64,000 nucleotides of DNA from an uncultured Verrucomicrobiae bacterium. Lineage in GTDB: Bacteria > Verrucomicrobiota > Verrucomicrobiia > Chthoniobacterales > UBA10450. The stretch's first letter is position 1. Every line of letters starts with the position of its first letter. The notes under the pieces are model-generated. The model was not told the origin of the DNA and did no database searches. It was given only the letters and a program-made list of their open reading frames with translations. The stretch is taken from positions 352,001 to 416,000 of the forward strand of contig CAWFGO010000001.1 of NCBI GenBank assembly GCA_963815455.1, read 5' to 3'. The position numbers and the translations under genes were made by a program. Below are positions 1-9,129 of this stretch, piece after piece.

Positions 1-55
1 GGCAAAGTCCCGAAGCTTTCTGATCGGCCGGCTGAAATGCCAAAGGACAACTAGT

Positions 56-1049
56 ATGCGAGTGCGCTCTTTTCATGTCGTTTTCGTCGCCGGCTGGCTG
101 TCGCTGGCGACAATCGCTTTAGCGCTTCCATCCCAGCAGGCCTTGCTCGACAAACTGCACAAGGACGAAGCCGCACGGAAGCGCGGCCGGGCCACTCCCA
201 CTCCAACCCCCGCGCCGGCGCAAAACTATCAGCCCAGCCGCAGCACCACGCCGCCCAGCAGCCGTTCCTCCGGCCAGCCGAGCAGTCGTTCCTCGACCCA
301 ACCGAGCAGTCGTCCTTCGACTGTCGTCGTGATCGATGCCGGCCATGGCGGCCACGATCGCGGGGGAATTCCCGGGCAGCGCATCTCGGAAAAAATAATG
401 ACTCTCGACGTCGCACAACGCCTGAGGATGCATTCTCGCCTCCAATGGGTATCGCACGATCATGACCCGCGACAGCGATGTGTTTGTTCCACTGCCGACG
501 CGCGTGGCCATCGCAAATTCCTATAGCAACTCCATTTTCGTCTGCATCCATTTCAATTCTGCCAGCCGCCGGGGAGCAAACGGCATCGAAACCTATTTTT
601 ACAACTCGCAAAGCCTGGCCCTGGCCTCCGCGATTCATTATTACGTCTCGCGGGCTGCGCCATCGTTGAACCGCGGAGTTCGCCGTCGCGGTTATTACGT
701 TCTGCGCAGAACGACGGTCCCATCCGTTCTGGTGGAATGCGGTTTCCTCACCAACCCGAGCGAAGCGCAGGTACGCCCAAAGCTCGAGCTATCGCCAAAC
801 GTTGGCCGAACAAATCGCACGCGGAATTCGTTCGCGGACAAATGTGGCCAGCACTGAAAGCGTTCCGCTCCAGCCTTTCATCGATCAAACTCGCGTCCGC
901 GACCCGGACATATCTCCCAGACGCAGATCGAAGAAGATCTTCGAGAAAGAAAAAGACCACCGCCGCTCACACAAAGAAAAGCAGCGGCGAAAAGCAGCGG
1001 CAGCGCAACCAAGAAGAAGAAATCAGTGGCGAAAAAATCGGAGGACTAA
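56..1049 (+). CDS. N-acetylmuramoyl-L-alanine amidase (Amidase_3), signal peptide, Ser/Pro-rich linker, Lys-rich tail; several frameshifts
   Basis: VVIDAGHGGHD (56..526 frame), TRDSD / CIHFNS / GIETY / PSVLVECGFLTN (462..857 frame); likely stop TAA 1047-1049. Confidence 0.85.
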
Positions 1050-2537
1050 TTGGACTCGCCGATTTTAAGCGCCGCGCAGATGCGCGAAGCGGAGGAAGCG
1101 GCTTTTGGGCGCGGAGCCGAGGTTGAAGCATTGATGGACAAGGCCGGCGCCGGAGTCGCCCGCACCGTCAGTAGATTTTTTCCGGATCCGGCCACCTGCA
1201 TCGTTTTTGCCGGCAAAGGCCACAATGGCGGCGACGCCCTGGTGGCCGCGGAGCATTTGAAACGCGCCGGCTGGAGGATCGACATCCGCCTCGGGTTCGC
1301 CGAGGAAGACGGCAGCGAGCTCACTCGCAAAAATTGCAGGCGTCTGCGCGACGCGCCGGAGAATCTCGGGCCGGAGCGGCTGCTGGCCCGGACCGTTGTT
1401 CTCGATGGTTTGCTGGGGGTGGGAGCCAGCCGCCTTTTGCGGCAGCCGATTCGCAACTGCGCGGCCGAAATCAATCGATTGCGCCGCGAAGAAAACGCGT
1501 TCGTGTTCGCTGTCGATCTTCCCACCGGTCTGGATGGGCATTCCGCCGAAGCCGATCCCGATTGCGTCCTGGCCGATTGCACGGTCACGATTGGTTTCGC
1601 CAAACATGGTTTGATCGAAGATGCCGCGCTCGACATTGTCGGCCGTCTTGAAGTCGTTCCGCTGCCTGAGCTCACGCCACCGGAGGCCGCGCGCACCGAA
1701 ACCCTGGCCGCCGCCCATTCGCTCCGTCCGATTTTGCCGCCGCGGAAATTCAGCGCCTACAAAAATCAATTTAAACGGATCGGCGTGGTGGCCGGTTCGA
1801 AGGGATTCATCGGCGCCGCGTTGATGACGACGGCGGGAGCGCTGCGCGCCGGCGCGGGCCTGGTGGAAGTTTTTGTTCCCGAAGATATTTACCCGATCGT
1901 GGCCACATCCGCGCCAGCGGAAGCGATGGTCAAACCGGTCCGCTCGTATCGCGGCCTGCTCGACTACGACAGCATCGACATCTGGGCGATCGGGCCGGGC
2001 CTGGGCACATCACACAGCAGCGACATTTTGAAGATTATCGAACGCGACGAACGGCCGATGATCGTCGATGCCGATGGATTGAACATGCTCGCGGATAAGA
2101 TCGGCATCCTCAAACAATGCCGCGGCCATCGACTGGTCACGCCGCATCCCGGAGAAATGAAGCGATTACTCGATCCCGGAAGAATGTCGCGCGCAGGCAT
2201 AGCCAAAAATTTCTGCGAAGAATTCCCGGTCACGCTCCTGTTCAAAGGCAGTCGCACAATCGTGGCCGAGCGCAGCCGCCCGCTAAGTTACAACGCCACG
2301 GGAAACCCAGGCATGGCCTCCGGCGGAATGGGCGACGTCCTCACCGGCGTATGCGCCGGATTGGTCGGCCAAAATCTCACGATGTACGATGCCGCCCGGC
2401 TCGGCGCCTGGGTCTGCGGCCGCGCCGCCGAGATCGCGGTCTTTCACTCCGGCGCAAGCGAACAATCCTTGCTCGCCACTGACGTAATCAATCACCTCGG
2501 CGACGCCTTTAACGATTTGCAAAACTCTTTTCCATAA
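1050..2537 (+). CDS. nnr: Bifunctional NAD(P)H-hydrate epimerase/dehydratase (YjeF family)
   Basis: GKGHNGGD, DLPTG, GPGLG, DADGL, TPHPGE, GGMGDVLTG motifs; intact 495 aa. Confidence 0.95.
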   Translation: MDSPILSAAQMREAEEAAFGRGAEVEALMDKAGAGVARTVSRFFPDPATCIVFAGKGHNGGDALVAAEHLKRAGWRIDIRLGFAEEDGSELTRKNCRRLRDAPENLGPERLLARTVVLDGLLGVGASRLLRQPIRNCAAEINRLRREENAFVFAVDLPTGLDGHSAEADPDCVLADCTVTIGFAKHGLIEDAALDIVGRLEVVPLPELTPPEAARTETLAAAHSLRPILPPRKFSAYKNQFKRIGVVAGSKGFIGAALMTTAGALRAGAGLVEVFVPEDIYPIVATSAPAEAMVKPVRSYRGLLDYDSIDIWAIGPGLGTSHSSDILKIIERDERPMIVDADGLNMLADKIGILKQCRGHRLVTPHPGEMKRLLDPGRMSRAGIAKNFCEEFPVTLLFKGSRTIVAERSRPLSYNATGNPGMASGGMGDVLTGVCAGLVGQNLTMYDAARLGAWVCGRAAEIAVFHSGASEQSLLATDVINHLGDAFNDLQNSFP

Positions 2538-2574
2538 ACCCGCGTAATCGCATAGGTTCGCGACAGAACCCTCG

Positions 2575-2781
2575 TCACAGATTGCGAAATTCTTCTTCGG
2601 TCAATCGCGCCTGCTTGAGAATGCTGCGGAAAGTCCCTGTCGGAACATCTTGGGTGTGCATTGCAACATAAGTCTGCCGGCCATCCGCATGCCGCAAAAC
2701 GATATGCGACCCCGATTGGCGTCTAATCATAAATCCGGCGCGTTGCAGCCGCGCCAACACCTCACGCGCTTTGTAAGGCAC
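2575..2781 (-). CDS. hicA: HicA-family toxin (mRNA interferase)
   Basis: [23 protein letters not shown]; start estimated at GTG 2781. Confidence 0.85.
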   Translation of the reverse strand: MPYKAREVLARLQRAGFMIRRQSGSHIVLRHADGRQTYVAMHTQDVPTGTFRSILKQARLTEEEFRNL

Positions 2782-3010
2782 TTTCGGAAATCTCGATGGT
2801 AGAGAAGAAGAACTCGGACTGCAGCCCAATCAATTCGCCCGCCGCCTTTTTTTCTGACAACCAGAGCTTCACCAAATCCTGCGCTGCGGCCCGCGCCCCT
2901 TCAATCCCCTCGCCATGCGTCGTAAGTCCCAACGCCGGCACATGGGCATAATAATAACCCGCCGGCAATTCCGCCGTCTCCGCTCTCTCGAATAAGATGC
3001 CGTAGGTCAT
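2762..3010 (-). CDS. hicB: HicB-family antitoxin
   Basis: [20 protein letters not shown] motif; overlaps hicA. Confidence 0.8.
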   Translation of the reverse strand: MTYGILFERAETAELPAGYYYAHVPALGLTTHGEGIEGARAAAQDLVKLWLSEKKAAGELIGLQSEFFFSTIEISESALQSA

Positions 3011-3026
3011 TTGAACAAGTATCGTA

Positions 3027-3599
3027 TCAAGCGCTTTGTTGGACAAGGTTCCAGAATTCCAGCTCTCTGCTCAGCAATCGTTCGATATAAGCATGATCGC
3101 GCTCGACAGGGAACAATAATTCGGGGTGACCAGGGCGGTAGCACCAAAAATCGACAGAATCGAACCCAGTAACTGCCAAAATGTGCTGCAACTGACCTCG
3201 GTGCCAGTCGGGAACGCAACCAGATCGGGAGACTCGACGATAGTTGGAATCTCCGCATTTTATTTCGACGACCGCATCGAAGCTGGCAGTAAACCCATCG
3301 AGGCTCGCGCGCAGCCAGTCGTATCGAGTACTTTGAAGGCAAGCGGGCCCTACATCTCGGCCGGTTCTCGCGGTGTAGCGGCGGCGAGCTTCGGGTTCAT
3401 CCCGGATTCCGCGAGTCATAGCTTGGTTCTGGCCAGAGTCTCTTGCTGATCCACGCTTTTCTCGAAGCAACTCCGATGGACTCTTGAGTCGGTTCTCGCC
3501 CATTATGATTGAGGCGTCGGATGAGCCGATTCCGTTATGGCGCCATTCTCGCCATTGGTCTGTTCCCTGTTGAAGCTCAATGATGGTGAAAGCATTCAT
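3027..3599 (-). CDS. YqaJ viral recombinase / lambda-exonuclease-like protein
   Basis: QGTDQW..WR..GIGSSD, EPEAR, LRASLDG, VEIKC, QLQHILAV. Confidence 0.9.
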   Translation of the reverse strand: MNAFTIIELQQGTDQWREWRHNGIGSSDASIIMGENRLKSPSELLREKRGSARDSGQNQAMTRGIRDEPEARRRYTARTGRDVGPACLQSTRYDWLRASLDGFTASFDAVVEIKCGDSNYRRVSRSGCVPDWHRGQLQHILAVTGFDSVDFWCYRPGHPELLFPVERDHAYIERLLSRELEFWNLVQQSA

Positions 3600-3877
3600 G
3601 GGCAGCGCTCCACATCGATTTTGTTGTCCTGGTTCTCCTCTCCATTTTGCCAACGGATTAGAAACCATCCAGATCGTCCGACATCCAGTATTACACCAAT
3701 CGCGCGTTGACGCCGCGATTCCTGATCTTTCAAAATCCGTTCCCGGTCAGGATGGTTTGTACGCAGCGGCTGCAGGTGTCGCAGTTGGTATCGAACTCGT
3801 TGGCCTATCCATCGGCGACGGACGTCGGCGCGCGCTGGATTGCGAACCAGTGGAGGATCAGGTAATTCGACGTTCAT
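3596..3877 (-). CDS. Hypothetical protein
   Basis: ORF overlaps both neighbours (ATGA overlap with YqaJ start); no recognised motif. Confidence 0.45.
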   Translation of the reverse strand: MNVELPDPPLVRNPARADVRRRWIGQRVRYQLRHLQPLRTNHPDRERILKDQESRRQRAIGVILDVGRSGWFLIRWQNGEENQDNKIDVERCP

Positions 3878-4253
3878 TTGGTGGCCTTTCGTTCCTGGCG
3901 GCCTCAATCGCCATCTGACGACTTCGTTCGTCTCTTTGCAGTTTCCGAATGATTAGACCTTTTATCACTTCGGGATCTCGTTCTTCATCGGAGTGATAGT
4001 ACACCTCTGCACGAAAAGCCCACCACGTTTTGCGGCGCTCCGGCACATTCATGACAACCGTAGGCACCTGGTCCTGCTCCTCCAGCATATTCCGATATTC
4101 GTCTTCAGGAACTTCTCGAGAGAACAATTTGTTGCCAATAAAAACGTCGAACCGATGCGAAGGTGGCCTCCACTCGCGCTCGCCGAAAAAGATCCACTTC
4201 TTTGACCAAAACCCAGGCACTATCTCGAACCGGGCCGAATCATCACGCTTCAT
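3858..4253 (-). CDS. Hypothetical protein, possibly the N-terminal part of a truncated HNH nuclease
   Basis: ATGA-coupled to the MTase C-terminal remnant; no HNH motif in the ORF itself. Confidence 0.45.
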   Translation of the reverse strand: MKRDDSARFEIVPGFWSKKWIFFGEREWRPPSHRFDVFIGNKLFSREVPEDEYRNMLEEQDQVPTVVMNVPERRKTWWAFRAEVYYHSDEERDPEVIKGLIIRKLQRDERSRQMAIEAARNERPPNERRIT

Positions 4254-4620
4254 AGCATTTCCGTCTGTTTTTCGCGCGCGGACTCCCGCGCGGCCATTGC
4301 AAACGGATTGAGTTGTGGCGGCGCATCAATGCGTTCGGTTGCGTTGAGCAAACCTTCAACGGTCAGAATCTGAATACGCGGATAATCTTTGTCGTGCCAA
4401 AGCTTAGATGTGAAGCGACCAGCTTCGGCGGCTTCGGTGAGCATTTGTTTGCTTGGTTTTTCCAGTGTGATGAGAACACCGCCCGCCGTTTTTTGATTTC
4501 CAACGATCTCTCCGCCGAAAGCGTCTTTCAGTCGGCGCTTGATCAAATTGATCGCGAAATACGTGATGTCGATCCCGATCCACCGTCGATCTAACTTTTG
4601 GGCCGCATGAATCGTGGTGC
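4250..4620 (-). pseudogene. C-terminal remnant of an N4/N6 DNA methyltransferase-Mrr-type nuclease fusion
   Basis: TTIHAAQKLDRRWIGIDIT (directly after the missing FxGxG), then GVLITL...YPRIQILTVEGLL. Confidence 0.8.
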
Positions 4621-5298
4621 TCAGATAGAATCCCCCAAGAGTTCGAGAAGACAATCCAATCCATTTAAGTAGAGATCCCGATCCCAGTTCGGGCGCGTCT
4701 CGTCGAGTTGACTAATTAAACTGGTTATCTCTTCAATCGTCAGCTTCCGAACATTTGCGCCGCTCTCTCGCAGGTCGGATCGGAAATCATTATACTGCTC
4801 CAATAAAATCTCTGTGCGGCTTTCTTTGAAAGAGTTTCGTTCTGCTGCATACATGTCTGGGTGCAAACTAAGTCGGTCCAAGTTCCACGAATCCAATCGA
4901 TCGCACAGAGATGGATCTCTCTTTGCAGCGTCGAGTAGTTCGCTGGCTTCATTTTTGGTTACATTCGGAGGTGCAGACAATCCGAGATACTCGAGAAGAG
5001 CACGCTGTCGCTGCGTGGCAGGCTGGTGTTCCAAGATTCTGCTAACATCGTCCTTTGTAATATATTCGTCGTAATCGATGCCCATTCGCGTTAGCATTTC
5101 CTTTTGGGCTTCTGACGCCAAGATTCGCGCGCAGCACGGGAGAGTGGTGACGCGCGCCCAATCACTCATTCCTTCTTCAAAGTAAAAGTGACTCGGCAAT
5201 ACGGTTCCGAGCTTGAGCTGTTCTACGAGTTCGTCGCGCCTAAACGGCCCAAGGTCGCGCTTCCCGTTCCAAACGAAAATCTGTCGAACTTTGCCCAT
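4621..5298 (-). CDS. GYF_2 (DUF4339)-like domain protein inserted into the methyltransferase
   Basis: GPF..EL......G......F.EGMSDW N-terminus; ATQRQ..LL..LG......TK.EAS.L module; visibly lower GC. Confidence 0.7.
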   Translation of the reverse strand: MGKVRQIFVWNGKRDLGPFRRDELVEQLKLGTVLPSHFYFEEGMSDWARVTTLPCCARILASEAQKEMLTRMGIDYDEYITKDDVSRILEHQPATQRQRALLEYLGLSAPPNVTKNEASELLDAAKRDPSLCDRLDSWNLDRLSLHPDMYAAERNSFKESRTEILLEQYNDFRSDLRESGANVRKLTIEEITSLISQLDETRPNWDRDLYLNGLDCLLELLGDSI

Positions 5299-5305
5299 TC
5301 GGTAA

Positions 5306-5671
5306 CTAAGGAGCTTCTTTGAGCACTCGATGAAGTTCGACGAGTCTTGGTCCCATCATCGCGAGGTAAGCCATCATCGGGGAATGTTTCAGAAAGCTGT
5401 GCAGCGCTTCCATGAGCGTCGTGACCGCGACGTTCGGGCAGTTGTCGATGAAATGGTGATAAGTGTCGGCGGCGTCGGCCCAGCTCCAGGTATCAGTGAA
5501 AGCGTGAAATTGCGCCTGACTCGCCTGCCCGCTCGGCTCGCGAAAGAGAACGTTGTAATCGGCGTTCGAATTAAACGGCGGATCGAGATAAACAAGATCG
5601 ACAGTGGCGTCGGGAAATTCTTTCCGGTCGGAAAGCCAGCGGAGATTGTCCCCGAAATAAAGGCGGTTCAT
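5306..5671 (-). pseudogene. N-terminal fragment of a beta-class DNA methyltransferase
   Basis: MNRLYFGDNL, VDLVYLDPPFNS, RLVELHRVLK then abrupt stop. Confidence 0.85.
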
Positions 5672-5718
5672 GAGATCCTTCCCGCCGCGGCGGGTAAACT
5701 GTTTCGCTCAGGATGACA
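5672..5718. repeat. Half GTCAT-type palindromic repeat carrying a CCCGCCGCGGCGGG insert
   Basis: gagatcctt-cccgccgcggcgggtaaactgtt-tcgctcaggatgaca; 24 bp (5680-5703) is the exact reverse complement of 24640-24663. Confidence 0.8.
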
Positions 5719-5847
5719 TTGATTGGATGCAACGTCACGTTGCTCGCCGAAATAAAGGCGGTTCATCGATCCAGGAATAGTAAGAGGTTCCTCCCAGCCT
5801 TCGCATAAAGCTACAAAATTGCTTTTCCCCGGCAGAGAGGATAAGAC

Positions 5848-6084
5848 TTGGATATGAAGTTTACCCGCATAACCGTGAAGCCGATGCAGTTGGGCGGCGT
5901 GCCGTGCATTCGCGGTCTGCGCATCCCAGTTGCCACGGTTGTGGGTATGATGGCGGACGGCATGACCGAGGACGACATTCTTCGTGCCTATCCCGATTTA
6001 GAGGCGGACGACATTCGCGAGGCACTGCGATTTGCGGCTGAGTCGGTTCGTGAACGCGAACTGCCATTGCTCGCGCCCTCGTGA
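5848..6084 (+). CDS. DUF433 antitoxin-like protein
   Basis: [26 protein letters not shown]. Confidence 0.9.
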   Translation: MDMKFTRITVKPMQLGGVPCIRGLRIPVATVVGMMADGMTEDDILRAYPDLEADDIREALRFAAESVRERELPLLAPS

Positions 6085-6452
6085 AGTTCCTTGTGGACAA
6101 TGCGCTCTCGCCGCTGCTCGCGGAGGGATTGCGTAGCGCAGGACACGACGCTGTCCACGTGCGGGATTACAATCTGCAAGCGGCGGACGATCCGTTGATT
6201 TTTGAGCGGGCACGAATTGAAGATCGCGTCGTAGTCTCTGCCGACACGGACTTTGGCGCGCTGTTGGCCGCATGGCCGCATAACAAGCCATCCTTTATCC
6301 TCTTTCGGCGCGGCACGGAGCGGCGGCCCGAAAGTCAATTGGGACTCCTGTTGGCGAACCTGTCTGCGATCAGTGAAGGTTTAGAGCGCGGGAGCGTTGT
6401 CGTCGTTGAGCAAGCGCGGATCCGTATCCGCGTTCTGCCAATTGGCGGCTGA
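6081..6452 (+). CDS. DUF5615 PIN-like toxin
   Basis: [30 protein letters not shown] overlap with DUF433 gene. Confidence 0.9.
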   Translation: MKFLVDNALSPLLAEGLRSAGHDAVHVRDYNLQAADDPLIFERARIEDRVVVSADTDFGALLAAWPHNKPSFILFRRGTERRPESQLGLLLANLSAISEGLERGSVVVVEQARIRIRVLPIGG

Positions 6453-6469
6453 CCCCAGAATTTATTCAG

Positions 6470-7327
6470 ATGAATCAACCTGAAACCGCTGTGCCTGAGC
6501 CAGACAGTGTCTGGATTCGCACGAAAAAGGCGCTCGGTCCTGTGGCCGTCGTCGCGGTCATCGTCGCGAAGTTTTTCGCGAAGTTGAAGTTTTTCATTCT
6601 GCCGGCGCTGAAGTTTCTGCCGATGATTCTAAAATCGGGCGGCACCATGCTGCTGATGATCTGGGTTTATACCCAATTGTGGGGCTGGCAATTCGCTCTC
6701 GGGTTTGTGGTCCTCTTGCTCGTGCACGAGTGCGGACATTTGCTCGTAGCCAAAAAATTCGGGCTCAAAGTCGGCGCACCGGTGTTCATCCCGTTTATGG
6801 GCGCGTTCATCGCGCTCAAGGAAGCGCCGCGCAACGCCTGGATGGAAGCGTGCGTCGGCATTGGCGGGCCGATTCTGGGGACGTTGGGCGCGCTGGCTTG
6901 TAATTTGGTAGGCGAAGCGGCAGATGCGCCCGTCTTTTTCGCCATCGCCTGGTTCGGTTATGTTCTAAATCTGTTTAATCTGACCCCGGTCGGAATGCTC
7001 GACGGTGGCCGCATCGTGACCGCGCTGTCGCGCTGGCTATGGATTCCCGGATTTGCCGTGCTCCTCTGGTTTGGATGGAAATATCCGAATTTCATTGTCT
7101 GGCTAATCGTGCTGCTCTCCCTGCCGCGGATTTATTCTCTCTTTCGCAAGCAAACCGAGGAAGATCGACGCTATTTCGAAGTGACCCAGACCCAACGCTG
7201 GACGATGTCGATCTTATATTTTGGTCTCATCGCGGTCTTGCTTTTCGGCATACACGTTGCTCAGGAAGATCTGCACAAATACGGCGTCCGCGCTCATAAC
7301 AAGGGCAGCGACGCCATCGTGCAATAG
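6470..7327 (+). CDS. Site-2 protease, peptidase M50 family
   Basis: HECGH, GGP, NLFNLTP..LDGGR; multiple TM segments. Confidence 0.9.
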   Translation: MNQPETAVPEPDSVWIRTKKALGPVAVVAVIVAKFFAKLKFFILPALKFLPMILKSGGTMLLMIWVYTQLWGWQFALGFVVLLLVHECGHLLVAKKFGLKVGAPVFIPFMGAFIALKEAPRNAWMEACVGIGGPILGTLGALACNLVGEAADAPVFFAIAWFGYVLNLFNLTPVGMLDGGRIVTALSRWLWIPGFAVLLWFGWKYPNFIVWLIVLLSLPRIYSLFRKQTEEDRRYFEVTQTQRWTMSILYFGLIAVLLFGIHVAQEDLHKYGVRAHNKGSDAIVQ

Positions 7328-7417
7328 GGGTCTGGCCGCGAATTTCAGTCGACGTCTTGAGCTTGCCAAAAATCATTTTTCGTCGATACATCGACAGCGA
7401 CCCCCCTCATTCGACAT

Positions 7418-8343
7418 ATGAACAATCGCGCCCCAATCCGATTCCTACTCGTTAGCCTATTCTTGGCGACCGTCATCCCAGCCTTTGCCGAGAGTGAACG
7501 ATCGCCTCAACTTTCGGCAACACCGGCGCCCAAAGATGAAAATTCGCGCGATCTTTTCTCAATCGAAAGCGTCTACACGCTGAGCAGCGATTTTCGCAAC
7601 GAATCGCGCCTCGGGGATGGAGACTCGTTCTACACCGATTTTAGTTACGACCATCGTTTCCTGATTACCGGCAAATGGTATTTTCGGGCCGGTGTCGAAT
7701 ACGAACGCTACGATTTCGGGGGCACCGAACAACGGAATGCCGGACCATTTGCAAGCGGTTTACGGACACGTGGCGCTTGAATATCTGGTGCGCGATTTTC
7801 CGGGCATTTTTCTGGAATTCGACCCGGGCTTTTATTTCCAAAACAGCCTTACCGGTGACACGTTCGACATTCCGGCGAAAGGCGTTCGTGGTGATCCCCC
7901 TCCAGAAAGACAAGATCTACGGGCTGATCGGCCTGGCCGGTGGGCTCAACCAAAGTCCGGCGATCGCCCCCGGAGGCGGGATCATCTGGATTTTTTCGGA
8001 CAAGCTGCGGCTGGAAGGCGTGTTTCCAAAGCCCGCACTGGTGTATGAGCCAAACACCGATTGGCAGGTCCGGCTCCAAGGCGAGCTAATCTACCAGAGT
8101 TTTCGAACCGACGACGTCATAACGCCGCTGCACAAATTGCGAACCCACAACGCGGTTGTTCAATATAACGAGGATCGTCTCGGCGTGCAGGTGGGCTATT
8201 CCGGATTCAAACCTTTTAGGATCAGCGCCGGAGCCGGTTACACTTTTATCCGCAATTTCGATTTCTTCCGTCACGGCGTCCGCGAAAAATTGGAGCCGGC
8301 GCCGTTCTTCCGGTTGGCTGTCGAGGCTCGTTTTAACCACTAA
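7418..8343 (+). CDS. Outer-membrane beta-barrel protein (DUF6268-like), frameshifted
   Basis: Signal peptide, alternating aromatic beta-strand pattern across three frames, ends ..VEARFNH. Confidence 0.6.
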
Positions 8344-8410
8344 TTAACCCGCCTCGCGCCGCTACGGCGAGGCAGACACGAGCGGGACACTAATTTACAA
8401 ACCTCTCTCC

Positions 8411-8517
8411 TGTCATTCCGAGCGAAGTCGAGGAACCTCTTACTTTTCGCTCGTATCGAGAGCATATCCAAGCGAAGCGAGAATATTAGAGATGTCTCGA
8501 CTTCGCTCGACATGACA
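8411..8517. repeat. GTCAT-type REP-like inverted repeat
   Basis: tgtcattccgagcgaagtcgagga ... tctcgacttcgctcgacatgaca. Confidence 0.85.
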
Positions 8518-8574
8518 GAGACAGGCGAACAGCACATTCGTGTTCATTCGCGTGTCCATCCGTGGTTAATTTTT

Positions 8575-8976
8575 TTACGGGAAAATCTCGTCGAGCTTGC
8601 GGGCGATGGCTTGACTGCCGCGCACTTTCAAGCGGCCGGTCAACACGGCCCATGTCCCTTTGAGTTTGCCATTGGAAATCGCGACCCAGGTCTTGTCGCT
8701 GGCAACAAAGGTCACGTCGGGATTGTCGATCTTACCCCTGCCCATTTTGAATTTTCCATCGTTCACTTCGAGCCACCAGCCGCCGCCATCCGGCCCGCTC
8801 AAGTCCCATTGGTAGCGGGCACGAACGCCGCGCGCGTTATCCGGTCGAAAGCTTTCTCGCATCCCATCGAAGACGTCCTGAGGCACGCGGTTCTCGGCGT
8901 CGTTGGACTCGGCCGCGGATAGGCCAGCGGAAAAGGCCATCATCGCCGTAATGAAAAACCAAAAACTTGTTTTCAT
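8575..8976 (-). CDS. SCP2 sterol/lipid-binding domain protein with signal peptide
   Basis: YQWDLSG.GG.W, PDVTF, A.LTGRLKVRG. Confidence 0.85.
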   Translation of the reverse strand: MKTSFWFFITAMMAFSAGLSAAESNDAENRVPQDVFDGMRESFRPDNARGVRARYQWDLSGPDGGGWWLEVNDGKFKMGRGKIDNPDVTFVASDKTWVAISNGKLKGTWAVLTGRLKVRGSQAIARKLDEIFP

Positions 8977-9000
8977 GTTTTGATCGCTCTCCGAAGCCTC

Positions 9001-9121
9001 GTCATTCCGGGCGAAGGAACAGCTTGCCCGCCGTGGCGGGAGGAAGCCCGTGGCAAAACCCTAAGACAGCTCCGCGGGATCCTTCGGCTTCGCTCCCGCC
9101 ACGGCCGGCAGGCAGGATGAC
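9001..9121. repeat. GTCAT-type REP-like repeat with nested CCCGCC(G/A)TGGCGGG inserts
   Basis: gtcattccgggcgaagg ... ccttcggcttcgctc[ccgccacggccggcaggc]aggatgac. Confidence 0.75.
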
Positions 9122-9129
9122 CGGCACGT

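Noticed and set aside
250..320. Short imperfect tandem repeat in the amidase gene
   Set aside because: It encodes a low-complexity PSSRSS linker, which is ordinary.
3027..3599. Prophage suggested by YqaJ
   Set aside because: No integrase, structural or replication genes nearby.
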